A DNA stretch of 62,547 bases from Aquabacterium olei (GCA_029279925.1 JAJUHM010000001.1:1-62547), one strand, 5' to 3'; numbered from the stretch's first letter, positions 43,321 to 51,790 are shown. Numbers and translations are program-made. The notes: generated by a model from the sequence alone, not told the origin.

Positions 43321-44532
43321 TCACTTGGGCAGGCGGCCGACCAGCACGGTAAATCGCGGGGCGGCCAGATCGGCGGGTCGAGCCTGACCGACCGATGTGA
43401 CCTCCAGCGCGCCCTTGGCCGGGCCAGCGGTTGCCGCACGGATGGCCACGGTGCCGACCCTGCCGCGCTTCAGCGAGCGGCCGGTGTCGCCGGGGACGAT
43501 CACCAGGCCACGGGCCTCGGTGTCCCACAGCACGGCTTGGTAGTTGCGCACATGGACCGGCAGGCGATCAAGCAGCTCGTCGGGCCATTCCAGCGAGCCG
43601 GCCGGCTTGGCCGGCACCGCGATGGCGGTGGACTGGACGCTGGTGCCGGCCTGCTCGGCGAGGGCAGAGGTCGCAGCGCCGTCCAGGAACCCGACGATCT
43701 GCGCCGCGCCAGGCTGAGAACCCTCTTTGACGGCGCTTCGAAATGCCTTCCAACGTGCTGAAAGCGCCTCTTGAAATGCCGGGGAAATGGCCTTGTCGAC
43801 CATGCGATCGCGCAGGCTGGGCGGCAGCGAGAGCAGCTTGCGGCCAAGCGCCACCTCGGGCGCCACCCATGCCACGCCAACGCTGTGATCCCAACCAGGG
43901 TCGACGCCGACTGGCACGATGTCAACGACCTCGCCGTCCTTCTCAACTGTCCGGGTTTTAACCGGGAACGGCTCGGTGGCCACGGTCAGGCCCTTGGCCT
44001 CGACCTCGGCCTGGCTGAGGGCACGCACGGTGCAGCGGCAGCCCCAGCCGTTGGGTGGGTAGAACGTGGCCCAGAACGCGTCGGTGATGGCACGCACGAT
44101 GCCGTTCCACTGGCGGTGCTGTGGGCGCACGCGGGCGTCGCCAGCGGTGCGGTATTGCAGGAAGGGACGGTTGGCGCGGTTGGACCACATCTGGGTCCAG
44201 CGGCCGGCCATGTGAGCGCTGCGCAGGTTGGCGTCGAAGATCACCTGTGTGCGCCAGCCTCGCTTGCCGTTGTAGGCCCAGCCGCTTCGCGCCACGGCCT
44301 GGTCGAACTGCTTGCGAAACTCGGTGATCGTGGTGCCGTTTTCGACGGCGCTGGTGATCGCCTGGTGCAGCTGGCTCACGAGGTCGATGTTGGTGGCGCC
44401 GGCCACGGCAAAGACCTTGGCATGCACGGGCCCGGCGAGATCGTCCCAGGCGAGCGAGCGCTCGGGCAGCTTGCCCTTGAGGAAGTCGATCGCGCCTTGA
44501 GCCTTGACGCCGAAGCCTTGCACGTCTGCCAT
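43321..44532 (-). CDS. Mu gpF/gp30-like minor head protein with C-terminal extension
   Basis: FAVAGA, YRTAGDARVRPQHRQW and PPNGWGCRC motifs. Confidence 0.9.
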   Translation of the reverse strand: MADVQGFGVKAQGAIDFLKGKLPERSLAWDDLAGPVHAKVFAVAGATNIDLVSQLHQAITSAVENGTTITEFRKQFDQAVARSGWAYNGKRGWRTQVIFDANLRSAHMAGRWTQMWSNRANRPFLQYRTAGDARVRPQHRQWNGIVRAITDAFWATFYPPNGWGCRCTVRALSQAEVEAKGLTVATEPFPVKTRTVEKDGEVVDIVPVGVDPGWDHSVGVAWVAPEVALGRKLLSLPPSLRDRMVDKAISPAFQEALSARWKAFRSAVKEGSQPGAAQIVGFLDGAATSALAEQAGTSVQSTAIAVPAKPAGSLEWPDELLDRLPVHVRNYQAVLWDTEARGLVIVPGDTGRSLKRGRVGTVAIRAATAGPAKGALEVTSVGQARPADLAAPRFTVLVGRLPK

Positions 44533-44533
44533 G

Positions 44534-44890
44534 TCAGCCCTTCTTCGCGTGGATGGTGATGTCGCGCTGATCCCGGCCGTCGATCTTGATCTCGCCGGAC
44601 GCGTCTCCATTCTTCTGGCGAACCAGCTCAACAGTGACGCCGACGAAGATGCCGGTGATAGCTGACAGAACGTCGCTCACCTGGAAGCGATCAAATGCTG
44701 TGTCCACGGCCGCGCACAGCAGCCCTTGGGCGGTGTTCGGCACCTCTGCCGTTTCCTGCCCTGCGCCTTCGATGACCTTGACGAGGCGCTTCGTCAGCTC
44801 GATGTTGCCGGGCGAAACACGTTCCAGACACCGGGCCTTGTTGAGCTCTTCAGTGATGGCAGCGATCTGCTGTGGAGTGAGGCGTTGCAT
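44534..44890 (-). CDS. Hypothetical phage protein (118 aa)
   Basis: ATG at 44890 with GGAGGTG RBS; tightly packed in the operon. Confidence 0.7.
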   Translation of the reverse strand: MQRLTPQQIAAITEELNKARCLERVSPGNIELTKRLVKVIEGAGQETAEVPNTAQGLLCAAVDTAFDRFQVSDVLSAITGIFVGVTVELVRQKNGDASGEIKIDGRDQRDITIHAKKG

Positions 44891-44892
44891 GG

Positions 44893-45270
44893 TCACACCT
44901 CCCACTCGACGCAGAAGCCGTCGAAGGTGGCCGAGCTGCACTGGCCGCGGAAGAAGTCGAGCATGGCGGGCCAGCTCGGGAAGCCGTCGGCGTGCGCGAA
45001 CTCGGTGCGGGCTTCGGCCGAGAGGCGTTCGCCGTCGATTATCAGCTCGCCTTGGTGGAGGATCTCGATGCGCACTGAGCGGCAGCGCGTGATCTGACCG
45101 TCCAGCAGGTGCTTGGCCTGGCGCGTGCGAAGGCCGGTGTAGCAGACGGCCACATCTCCTGGCTGGGGCCGCTTGCCATCCGCCCGGTTCTTGCGAATCG
45201 TCTGACGCTTTGTGCCGGCCTGGATGGCGCGCGCGAACTGCGCTTTGAAATTGAGGACGAAGCGGGCCAT
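44893..45270 (-). CDS. ASCH/PUA-like domain protein
   Basis: F-x-x-AI-x-x-GTKRQTIR...PGD...A-x-ADGF matches the ASCH GxKxxxxR motif. Confidence 0.75.
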   Translation of the reverse strand: MARFVLNFKAQFARAIQAGTKRQTIRKNRADGKRPQPGDVAVCYTGLRTRQAKHLLDGQITRCRSVRIEILHQGELIIDGERLSAEARTEFAHADGFPSWPAMLDFFRGQCSSATFDGFCVEWEV

Positions 45271-45273
45271 GGC

Positions 45274-45456
45274 TCAGACCTCCTCAGAGCAGCTCGGGCA
45301 TTCGACGTCGTCACCCATGTCGCACATGCAGCACTTCTCTGCCATGCAGTAGGGACAGGTCTCAAGACCTTGCGCCTCGTTTGGCTTGTTTTTCAGCCGG
45401 TCCTTGGCGGAAGCGCCGCAGCTCGGGCAATCGTCGTCGGTATCGCGGTAGTCCAT
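45274..45456 (-). CDS. Small Cys-rich putative zinc-binding protein
   Basis: CPSC, CPYC, CCMC and CPSC in 60 aa; GGAGG RBS. Confidence 0.7.
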   Translation of the reverse strand: MDYRDTDDDCPSCGASAKDRLKNKPNEAQGLETCPYCMAEKCCMCDMGDDVECPSCSEEV

Positions 45457-45459
45457 GGC

Positions 45460-46107
45460 TCAGGCCTCCCCGTGGTCGGGGTCTTCGGTGTGCTGGACCG
45501 GCTCGGCCTTGGGCTCATCGGCAGTGGCCGCGGCCAGCTCGCGGAAGAGTGCGTAGCCTTCGAGCTCCCACAGCTTGTCGCGCGCCGCCTGTTCAGCCTT
45601 GCCACGAGCGATCTTGGTGCCGGTGGCAGCGTTGAAGTTCTCGGCTGATACGCAGGCCGAGTACCCGGTTGCGAGAAGGAATTTGCCGTCGAGGAACGCG
45701 TGGCAGAAGGTACTGGTGGTGCCCGGCGGGATCTCGAAGTGGTAGTGCACCCGGCCCATCAGACCGTCGATGTGATCCTTGGTGATTCGCGGAGCGACGT
45801 CGAGACCTTTGGCCTTGACCTCGGCTTCGATTGCTTCGTCGGATTCAAGCACTCGATCTGCGCTGCGGTCGATGGGCGACGGATAGCAGTAGTTGTAGTT
45901 GCAGCCGCTGGTGGAACCAAACAGCACGGAGGTGCGGAGGCACACAGCCTCCTCAGGCAGTCGGGGATCATCGATGCACAGGTTCACGCAGGTGTCTGAC
46001 CAGATGTGGTCGATCAGGGCAATGACCGGAGCTTCCAGATGCCCCAGCGATGGGTCCGACGGCGCGGGGAAGTAGTGAACGACTTGCTTGAGGATGGGCT
46101 GGCTCAT
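45460..46107 (-). CDS. Two-domain protein: unknown N-terminal domain + Gp49 (N4 gp49/Sf6 gp66) family domain
   Basis: APRIT-x-x-HID...TFC...TGYSACVSAENFN...G-x-KIA...A-x-DKLWELEGY. Confidence 0.8.
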   Translation of the reverse strand: MSQPILKQVVHYFPAPSDPSLGHLEAPVIALIDHIWSDTCVNLCIDDPRLPEEAVCLRTSVLFGSTSGCNYNYCYPSPIDRSADRVLESDEAIEAEVKAKGLDVAPRITKDHIDGLMGRVHYHFEIPPGTTSTFCHAFLDGKFLLATGYSACVSAENFNAATGTKIARGKAEQAARDKLWELEGYALFRELAAATADEPKAEPVQHTEDPDHGEA

Positions 46108-46142
46108 GGTGCTCTTTCGGGAGTGATGCCACTGGGGCGGGG

Positions 46143-46388
46143 TTACAGCGGATGCTTGTCGGTCCAGTTGAAGAACCGTTTGAACTTGGGCGCCTTGCCT
46201 TGGCGTTGCAGTTCACGAGACGCTTCGAGAAGGGCGGCCAGGCCGTAGTACTTGCTGACCAGCCGATAGGCGGCTTCGATCAGCAGGCCAGCAATGAACA
46301 TGAACCCGGCGACGGTGGCCAGGCCGACGAAGATCAGATAGCCCACGCGGAAGAAGAGCGCCCAGGCCTCGGTCGTGAAGATCCACAT
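46143..46388 (-). CDS. Small membrane protein
   Basis: Long hydrophobic segment and basic C-terminus; AAGGA RBS. Confidence 0.7.
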   Translation of the reverse strand: MWIFTTEAWALFFRVGYLIFVGLATVAGFMFIAGLLIEAAYRLVSKYYGLAALLEASRELQRQGKAPKFKRFFNWTDKHPL

Positions 46389-46399
46389 GGCGAGTCCTT

Positions 46400-48007
46400 T
46401 CAGTCGGCGTCGGTGGCTGCACCGCGCAACATGCCGAACTGCAATGCGCGCTCGATGACCTCGCGCAGGCCGGCGTCGTCGAGGCCGCCGACGAGGTCGC
46501 CCAGGTCATCGCGGAACTGCGCGAGCGTCTTGCCGTCGCGCTCGTACTGCACGAGCATCTGGTAGACGGGTTTGAACACGGCGCGCTCGATCTCGACGTC
46601 GGCCGCGGCGGCGGCCAGCTCGACGGCCTCTTGTTCTGTGAGGCCGATGGACTTGGCGAAGGTCCAGCCGGCCAGCGCATCGAGCTGCTCGGCGCTGAAC
46701 TGCACGGCGCCGTCTGCAGGTGGCGTTTGAACGGGCTTCACACCAGGTGGGAGCTGGCTTTGAACCGGCTTCGAATCGGGAAGCAGCGCGTCGTCGTCTT
46801 CCTCGGCCGCAGGGATGCCGAGCTCTTCGAGCATGGCCTTCTTGCTGGGGCGGGCGCCCATCTTGCGGGCCAGGTCGTAGGTCTCGGCACGGTCCTTTCC
46901 GGCCTTCTCCTGCTTGAAGAACTCGATCTTCGGCGCGGGCACGTCGGGGCCGAAGTTGAACAGGGTGATGAACGAGAACAGCTCGCTCATGGACTCGGCT
47001 GCGATGTCGCGGTCGGCGTCGTTGACGGTGCTTTGGCGCTTGGCTGCGACTTCGTTCGCGGCGCGTGAGCCGACGCCCTGCAGCTCGGAGGTCATCGCCT
47101 GGCTGGTGAGGGCCTTGGACATCTCGCGATTGCAGCGGTCGATCAGGTTTTCCTGCGGGAGCATGGACCCGGTGGAGTTGGGCACGAGCAGCTCGACGCC
47201 CGTGCCCTCTTGCACGACGGCATAGCCGCTTTCGAGCATGTTCTCCAGGGCTTCTGCCAAGCGGTCGATGTCGCTGTCTTGCGTGCCCTGCGGGTAGCGC
47301 GCGATGGGCCACGGCATGCCGTGCTTCTCGCAGTACTTCACGAACCAACGCCAGCCGCCGGTCTTGAACGTCCACGGCCAGAAGCAGCTGCTGAGCAAGG
47401 CCTGGCCGTAGGGGTTCTCGACCGTGGCCATGTGCCGGCTGACGATGGCCTGGTAGGGCTCGATGGGTTGGCCCATCAGGTAGCCGCGCGAGATGAGCAG
47501 GGTGTTGCCGTGGGCGTCGAACCGATAGCGGCGGTTGGGTCGGTCGAACAGCGCGGTGGGCAGCAGCTTGCCGTTGAGGATGGGATTGGTGCTGCTGTAG
47601 ACCTCCCACACGGGCTCGTGCACGCGGTAGCCGGTGAGTACGGCGGTTGCCATCTGCCACATGACCTCGAGCCAGTCGGCTGTGATCGCGTTGGGGCGCA
47701 CGGCAGCGAGGAACGCCTCGCACAGCTCACGGGCGGCTTCGGCCTTGGGGTTGTCGGCCTGGCCGGTGATGACGCGGTATTCGAACGAGCGGAACTCGCC
47801 TCGGATAGAGCGGATGTCACCCACGACGTGGGCATCAGCCATGATCGACGCGTAGACCAGGTCGGCCTTGCCCATAGCCCGCAGGATGGGGTCTGGGTTG
47901 GGCAGCACAGCCAGGCTGCCGAAGAAGCCGTTGGGATCGGACTCGGGCGTGGCCAGCGGCTTGCCGAGCCAGCCCTTGACGGATTGAACGAGGCCTTTGA
48001 GGTTCAT
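46400..48007 (-). CDS. Portal protein (Mu gp29/DUF935)
   Basis: NPYG-x-ALL...WPWTFK...W...EKHGMPW...CNREMSKAL; downstream of terL. Confidence 0.88.
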   Translation of the reverse strand: MNLKGLVQSVKGWLGKPLATPESDPNGFFGSLAVLPNPDPILRAMGKADLVYASIMADAHVVGDIRSIRGEFRSFEYRVITGQADNPKAEAARELCEAFLAAVRPNAITADWLEVMWQMATAVLTGYRVHEPVWEVYSSTNPILNGKLLPTALFDRPNRRYRFDAHGNTLLISRGYLMGQPIEPYQAIVSRHMATVENPYGQALLSSCFWPWTFKTGGWRWFVKYCEKHGMPWPIARYPQGTQDSDIDRLAEALENMLESGYAVVQEGTGVELLVPNSTGSMLPQENLIDRCNREMSKALTSQAMTSELQGVGSRAANEVAAKRQSTVNDADRDIAAESMSELFSFITLFNFGPDVPAPKIEFFKQEKAGKDRAETYDLARKMGARPSKKAMLEELGIPAAEEDDDALLPDSKPVQSQLPPGVKPVQTPPADGAVQFSAEQLDALAGWTFAKSIGLTEQEAVELAAAAADVEIERAVFKPVYQMLVQYERDGKTLAQFRDDLGDLVGGLDDAGLREVIERALQFGMLRGAATDAD

Positions 48008-48011
48008 GGCA

Positions 48012-48320
48012 TCAAGCTCCAGCCTGGATCAGGCGATAGGCTTGCGCACCTCGGTAGGTGCAGGCGTTGTAGCCTTCTTGGCCGAAAGCAACCACCTTTG
48101 CGATGAAGCCATCCTTCACGAGCTGATCCCGGGACGACTTGCTGGGCACATCGCCATCGGAGATAGGGCCTTTGGTGAACGCCGCGCGGATGGTGTCCCG
48201 CTCCCCGGCAGACATCTCTTCGACGCGAATGATCAGCCGCACAGCGTCGGCAATGTCGTCGGCGCTGAACAGCTCAACGTCCATGTGAAGGGTGCTCATG
48301 AGTTGCTTGACTGAGGCCAT
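48012..48320 (-). CDS. Hypothetical protein, possibly winged helix
   Basis: 102-aa ORF packed between terL and portal; GDVPSKS motif. Confidence 0.7.
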   Translation of the reverse strand: MASVKQLMSTLHMDVELFSADDIADAVRLIIRVEEMSAGERDTIRAAFTKGPISDGDVPSKSSRDQLVKDGFIAKVVAFGQEGYNACTYRGAQAYRLIQAGA

Positions 48321-48330
48321 GACTCTTCTT

Positions 48331-50010
48331 TCAGCGGCGTTTGCCGGTCTTGATCTTGGGGATGCCGCCAGCGCCTGAGAGGCACAGGCGAAAGAGGATT
48401 TCCAGCGCGTCAGGGCCGTCGTCGTGTTCGGCCTCGGGGTAGTGCTTGAGCATCTCGTTCAGCACGGTGTGGCGCGGGTGGGTGCGGATGATCGCGTTGG
48501 CGATGTGCGGGCTCAGACCCTCGATGCGAAGCGCCTTGTCGGCCGATTGCTGCACCGGCCGCGCCGGCACAGGGATGCCGCGCCGGGCGCTTTCCTTCAC
48601 GAGGACCTGGCGCATGAACTCCTGGAACTGCACCGACTCGAAGCCCCAGACAAGGCAGTTGTATTCGGCCTGCAGGTCGATGATCAGGTCGATCTGCTTG
48701 AAGGGCTGCAGGCGGGCGATGCGGGCTTCGACGACGTCGAGGATGCCGTGGTTGCGGTCGTACCCACCGACAAGGCAGGCGCAGGGGTCGCGGCCCTTGT
48801 TGTTTTTGCCGAGGCTCGGGTCATGAGCGCCGAAGAACACCCAGTCGCGGCAGACGTTGACCCAGTAGTGCAGCTCGGGGAAGAGGGCCGTGTCGACGTT
48901 GGTGGGGTCGTTCTGGTATTCGCAATCGAAGGCGTGGTGGTCTTCGGCGCGGATCTGCATCAGGCGCAACAGCGGGCGCACGGTGGGCCAGCTGACGACT
49001 GCGCCCTTCTCCATCTCGGCCTTGTTCTGCGCATAGAACGCGTCGGACGCGCCGATGCGCGTTTCGTCTTCGTCCATGTCGTCGCTGCCGCTGGCTTCTT
49101 CCAGGAACAGCTTTTCCCACTGCTGCCAGAGGTCCATGCGATCGGGCCAGCGCATGATCGCCTTGAACTTGCGCCGCACCCAGCGCGGCTTGCGGTGGAA
49201 GCGGTTGGCGACCGAGTCGTAGTGGAGGATGGTGTTGAGGTACACCACGTCCATCGTGCCGCTGGGCGGCCCGAGGTTGAGCACGGTCTTGGTGACCCAG
49301 CTTTCGAGCTTGTCGCGCTGGGCAGCCTGGCGCACGTTCTCGTCGTTCTCGATGTCGTCGAGCATGACGAGGTCGGGACGATGCGGGCCATGGCGCAGGC
49401 CGCGCATTTTTTTGCCGCTGCCGAACGCCTGCACCTTGCAGTCGTTGGCGGTGAGGATCACGCCTGCGTTCCAGACGCGGCCACGGCCAGTGGCCTGGGG
49501 GTAGTCGGCCAGCAGGCGCGGGTTGTCGGTCAGCTCGGTCTTGACGGCTTCGAGCATCGTTGCCGCCTGGTCCCAGGCATCCATCACGATGGGGATGAAA
49601 TGCTTGCGGCCAGTGACGATGCACCAGATGACCAGGGCCTGGGTGCCGAGTGTGGACTTGGCCTCGCCGCGGGGCGCGCTGATGTTGATGAGCTTGCCTT
49701 CGGGCGCGTCGATCAGCTGCGGGACGTTGTCGTAGAACCAGGTGTGGAACAACGATTCGGCGCCCTTGATGTAGTGCGGCAGGTAGGTCTTCGCGAAGAA
49801 GCGGAAGTCCGTCTGAGCCTGCAGCACACGCGAGGCCTGCTCGGTGACGTCGAGCGTGAAGCCACTGACCTCGGCCTCGATCAGCGTGAGCTGGGCATCG
49901 GCGAACGCCGCCAGCTCTTCGAGGAAGGCCTTGTGGCGGCCTGATGCCTTGACCTGCCTGAGGCTCTTGGGCATGGCCTTTTTGGCTGCGGGCTTGGCCT
50001 GGGTGCTCAT
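48331..50010 (-). CDS. terL: Terminase large subunit
   Basis: APRGEAKST Walker A, LVMLDDIEND Walker B, EYQNDP, HDPSLG and HDDGPDAL nuclease motif. Confidence 0.92.
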   Translation of the reverse strand: MSTQAKPAAKKAMPKSLRQVKASGRHKAFLEELAAFADAQLTLIEAEVSGFTLDVTEQASRVLQAQTDFRFFAKTYLPHYIKGAESLFHTWFYDNVPQLIDAPEGKLINISAPRGEAKSTLGTQALVIWCIVTGRKHFIPIVMDAWDQAATMLEAVKTELTDNPRLLADYPQATGRGRVWNAGVILTANDCKVQAFGSGKKMRGLRHGPHRPDLVMLDDIENDENVRQAAQRDKLESWVTKTVLNLGPPSGTMDVVYLNTILHYDSVANRFHRKPRWVRRKFKAIMRWPDRMDLWQQWEKLFLEEASGSDDMDEDETRIGASDAFYAQNKAEMEKGAVVSWPTVRPLLRLMQIRAEDHHAFDCEYQNDPTNVDTALFPELHYWVNVCRDWVFFGAHDPSLGKNNKGRDPCACLVGGYDRNHGILDVVEARIARLQPFKQIDLIIDLQAEYNCLVWGFESVQFQEFMRQVLVKESARRGIPVPARPVQQSADKALRIEGLSPHIANAIIRTHPRHTVLNEMLKHYPEAEHDDGPDALEILFRLCLSGAGGIPKIKTGKRR

Positions 50011-50513
50011 TGCTGGGTGCCGAACTGGCGCACGACCTCAGGGCCGAATGCCTGGGCGATGTCGATGAACTGCTTGCGCAGGTCGGGGTGGTGCTCTGCC
50101 ACGAATGCGGCCATGGCCTGCACGACTTCCATTGCGACGGCCAGGCGGTCGAGCTTCGGGTTGCCGCGTGCCGCAGCGGCCATCGTCTTGACGAACGCAT
50201 CGCTCAGCTTGAGCAGGATGTTGGCCTTGTCGAGCGGGGGCATGTCGGCCTTGCTCTCCAACGCATCCAGCGTGGCCGCGAACTGCTGGGCCAGGCTGTC
50301 CATCACCTGCTGCATCACGTCACCGACGGTGCCGCTGCTGAGCTGGTTGGCGCGGCGGGCCACGTCCCAGTCGTCGCCCTCGATCTCGGCCTTGCGCTTC
50401 CAGTTGCGCGCGGTGTTGTACGGCACGCCCTCGGCAGCAGCCGCAGCATCCAGCGCGAGGCCCCGGATGAAGCCGGCCCGCACGCGGGCCTTGGTGGCGT
50501 TGTCGTATGCCAT
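50007..50513 (-). CDS. DUF1804-like putative terminase small subunit
   Basis: N-terminal HTH, TARNWK...GDDWD; overlaps the terL start. Confidence 0.8.
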   Translation of the reverse strand: MAYDNATKARVRAGFIRGLALDAAAAAEGVPYNTARNWKRKAEIEGDDWDVARRANQLSSGTVGDVMQQVMDSLAQQFAATLDALESKADMPPLDKANILLKLSDAFVKTMAAAARGNPKLDRLAVAMEVVQAMAAFVAEHHPDLRKQFIDIAQAFGPEVVRQFGTQQ

Positions 50514-50519
50514 GCGCGA

Positions 50520-50810
50520 TCAGCCGCCGATCTTGAACTTGACCAGGGCGCCGAGCAGCTGGCCGACGACGCCAGAGGCGGCGCCCGCAGCAGCGCCGAT
50601 GCCGGCGGCCTTGATGGCGGTGGCGCGCTCGTTGGACTCGAGTCGAGAGATGCGCTCGCCGTGATCCTGGAAGCGATCGTCCATCGTTTCCTTCAGGTCA
50701 TCGATGCGGCGGTTGGTGGCGGCGCTGGTCTCTTTGATGAGGTCGGCAATGCCGTTGAGTTGACCTTGGACTTGGCCCAGGGCGCGGAGGGTTTCGTGGT
50801 CAGTGCTCAT
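50520..50810 (-). CDS. Coiled-coil + C-terminal TM phage protein
   Basis: Heptad region RISRLE followed by a Gly/Ala TM; usual position before terS. Confidence 0.7.
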   Translation of the reverse strand: MSTDHETLRALGQVQGQLNGIADLIKETSAATNRRIDDLKETMDDRFQDHGERISRLESNERATAIKAAGIGAAAGAASGVVGQLLGALVKFKIGG

Positions 50811-51028
50811 CGTGCATATCCCTTCTTGAGCAGTTCGAAGACGTTTTGACAGGTGATGCAGCGGATGGCTGCGGGGTTGGCGATGCGGCGGTCGTTGGCG
50901 ATCAGCTCGCCGCAGTCGTCGCAGTAGGGCTGGCCTGGTGTGGTCAGGGTGCGGCTGATAGCGCGTTGAGCCGAGTCGCGCTCGGCTTCAGCGGCCTCGC
51001 TGGCCTGTTCGAGGAATCGCTCATCCAT
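50807..51028 (-). CDS. TraR/DksA C4 zinc-finger protein
   Basis: CDDCGELI...RR...P-x-A-x-RCITCQ. Confidence 0.85.
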   Translation of the reverse strand: MDERFLEQASEAAEAERDSAQRAISRTLTTPGQPYCDDCGELIANDRRIANPAAIRCITCQNVFELLKKGYAR

Positions 51029-51227
51029 TCGCGGGCTGGTCCACGTGGGGCTGCATCTCGTCCAGGCCCTGGTCGGCGAACCCGATGAGGTATCGGGCGG
51101 CGTCGAGCAGGTTCTGGACTCGGGTGCTCGGGTTGATGTTTTGCACGTAGGTCACGCCGTCAACGATGGCGACGACGCGGCTCGGCATCTGAGCCAGTTG
51201 GCTCTCGCAGGTAGGGCAGGCACTCAC
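51021..51227 (-). CDS. Hypothetical protein (68 aa)
   Basis: GTG start overlaps the Rz stop, and its stop overlaps the TraR start (translational coupling). Confidence 0.55.
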   Translation of the reverse strand: MSACPTCESQLAQMPSRVVAIVDGVTYVQNINPSTRVQNLLDAARYLIGFADQGLDEMQPHVDQPANG

Positions 51228-51495
51228 GGTGCTCGATCTCCAGGTGCTGCAGCAGCGCGCACAGCTGCGCCGCCAGTTGGTGGAACGCTTGCGCCACCTG
51301 CCGGTGGTTCAGCTCCAGGTCGGGCATCGCGCCCGATGTGGGTTGCGGCAGCGGCTGAGGCGGCTGCGTGAGGCTGGCCGGCGGCGGCACTTTGATCGGC
51401 TGGATCAACGGCGCCGGGACCATCGTTGGCTGCGAGCCAGATGCGCAGGCGCTCAGCAGGGAGCACGCAAGCGTCAACGGGATCAGGGGAGACAT
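51160..51495 (-). CDS. Outer-membrane spanin (Rz1-like lipoprotein)
   Basis: Lipobox LSAC, Pro-rich; starts inside Rz in another frame. Confidence 0.75.
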   Translation of the reverse strand: MSPLIPLTLACSLLSACASGSQPTMVPAPLIQPIKVPPPASLTQPPQPLPQPTSGAMPDLELNHRQVAQAFHQLAAQLCALLQHLEIEHRECLPYLREPTGSDAEPRRRHR

Positions 51496-51790
51496 GGCGG
51501 GCCTCGCTTTCGAGGTTGCGGTAGATGGTGACGATGCGGTTCTGGGCCCGCGCGTTGTAAGCGGCTGCCTGGTTGCCGCGGGCGATGTCGGCCTGGGCCT
51601 GGCTTGCGGTGCTGGCTGCGGCCGAGGCGGTGGCTGCGGCCGCTGCGGATGCGGACGCTGAGGCGCACAGCGCCTGGCCGGTCTGCAGGGCCTGCTTGTT
51701 GCCGCGGCTCACGACAACGCCGAGGCTGATCAGCAGGCCGATCAGCACAACCAACATCAGCGCTGCGGCAGCGGCGTAGAGCTTGTTCAT
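51224..51790 (-). CDS. Inner-membrane spanin (Rz-like)
   Basis: N-terminal TM plus Ala-rich helix; follows the endolysin. Confidence 0.75.
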   Translation of the reverse strand: MNKLYAAAAALMLVVLIGLLISLGVVVSRGNKQALQTGQALCASASASAAAAATASAAASTASQAQADIARGNQAAAYNARAQNRIVTIYRNLESEARHVSPDPVDACVLPAERLRIWLAANDGPGAVDPADQSAAAGQPHAAASAAAATHIGRDARPGAEPPAGGASVPPTGGAAVRAAAAPGDRAP

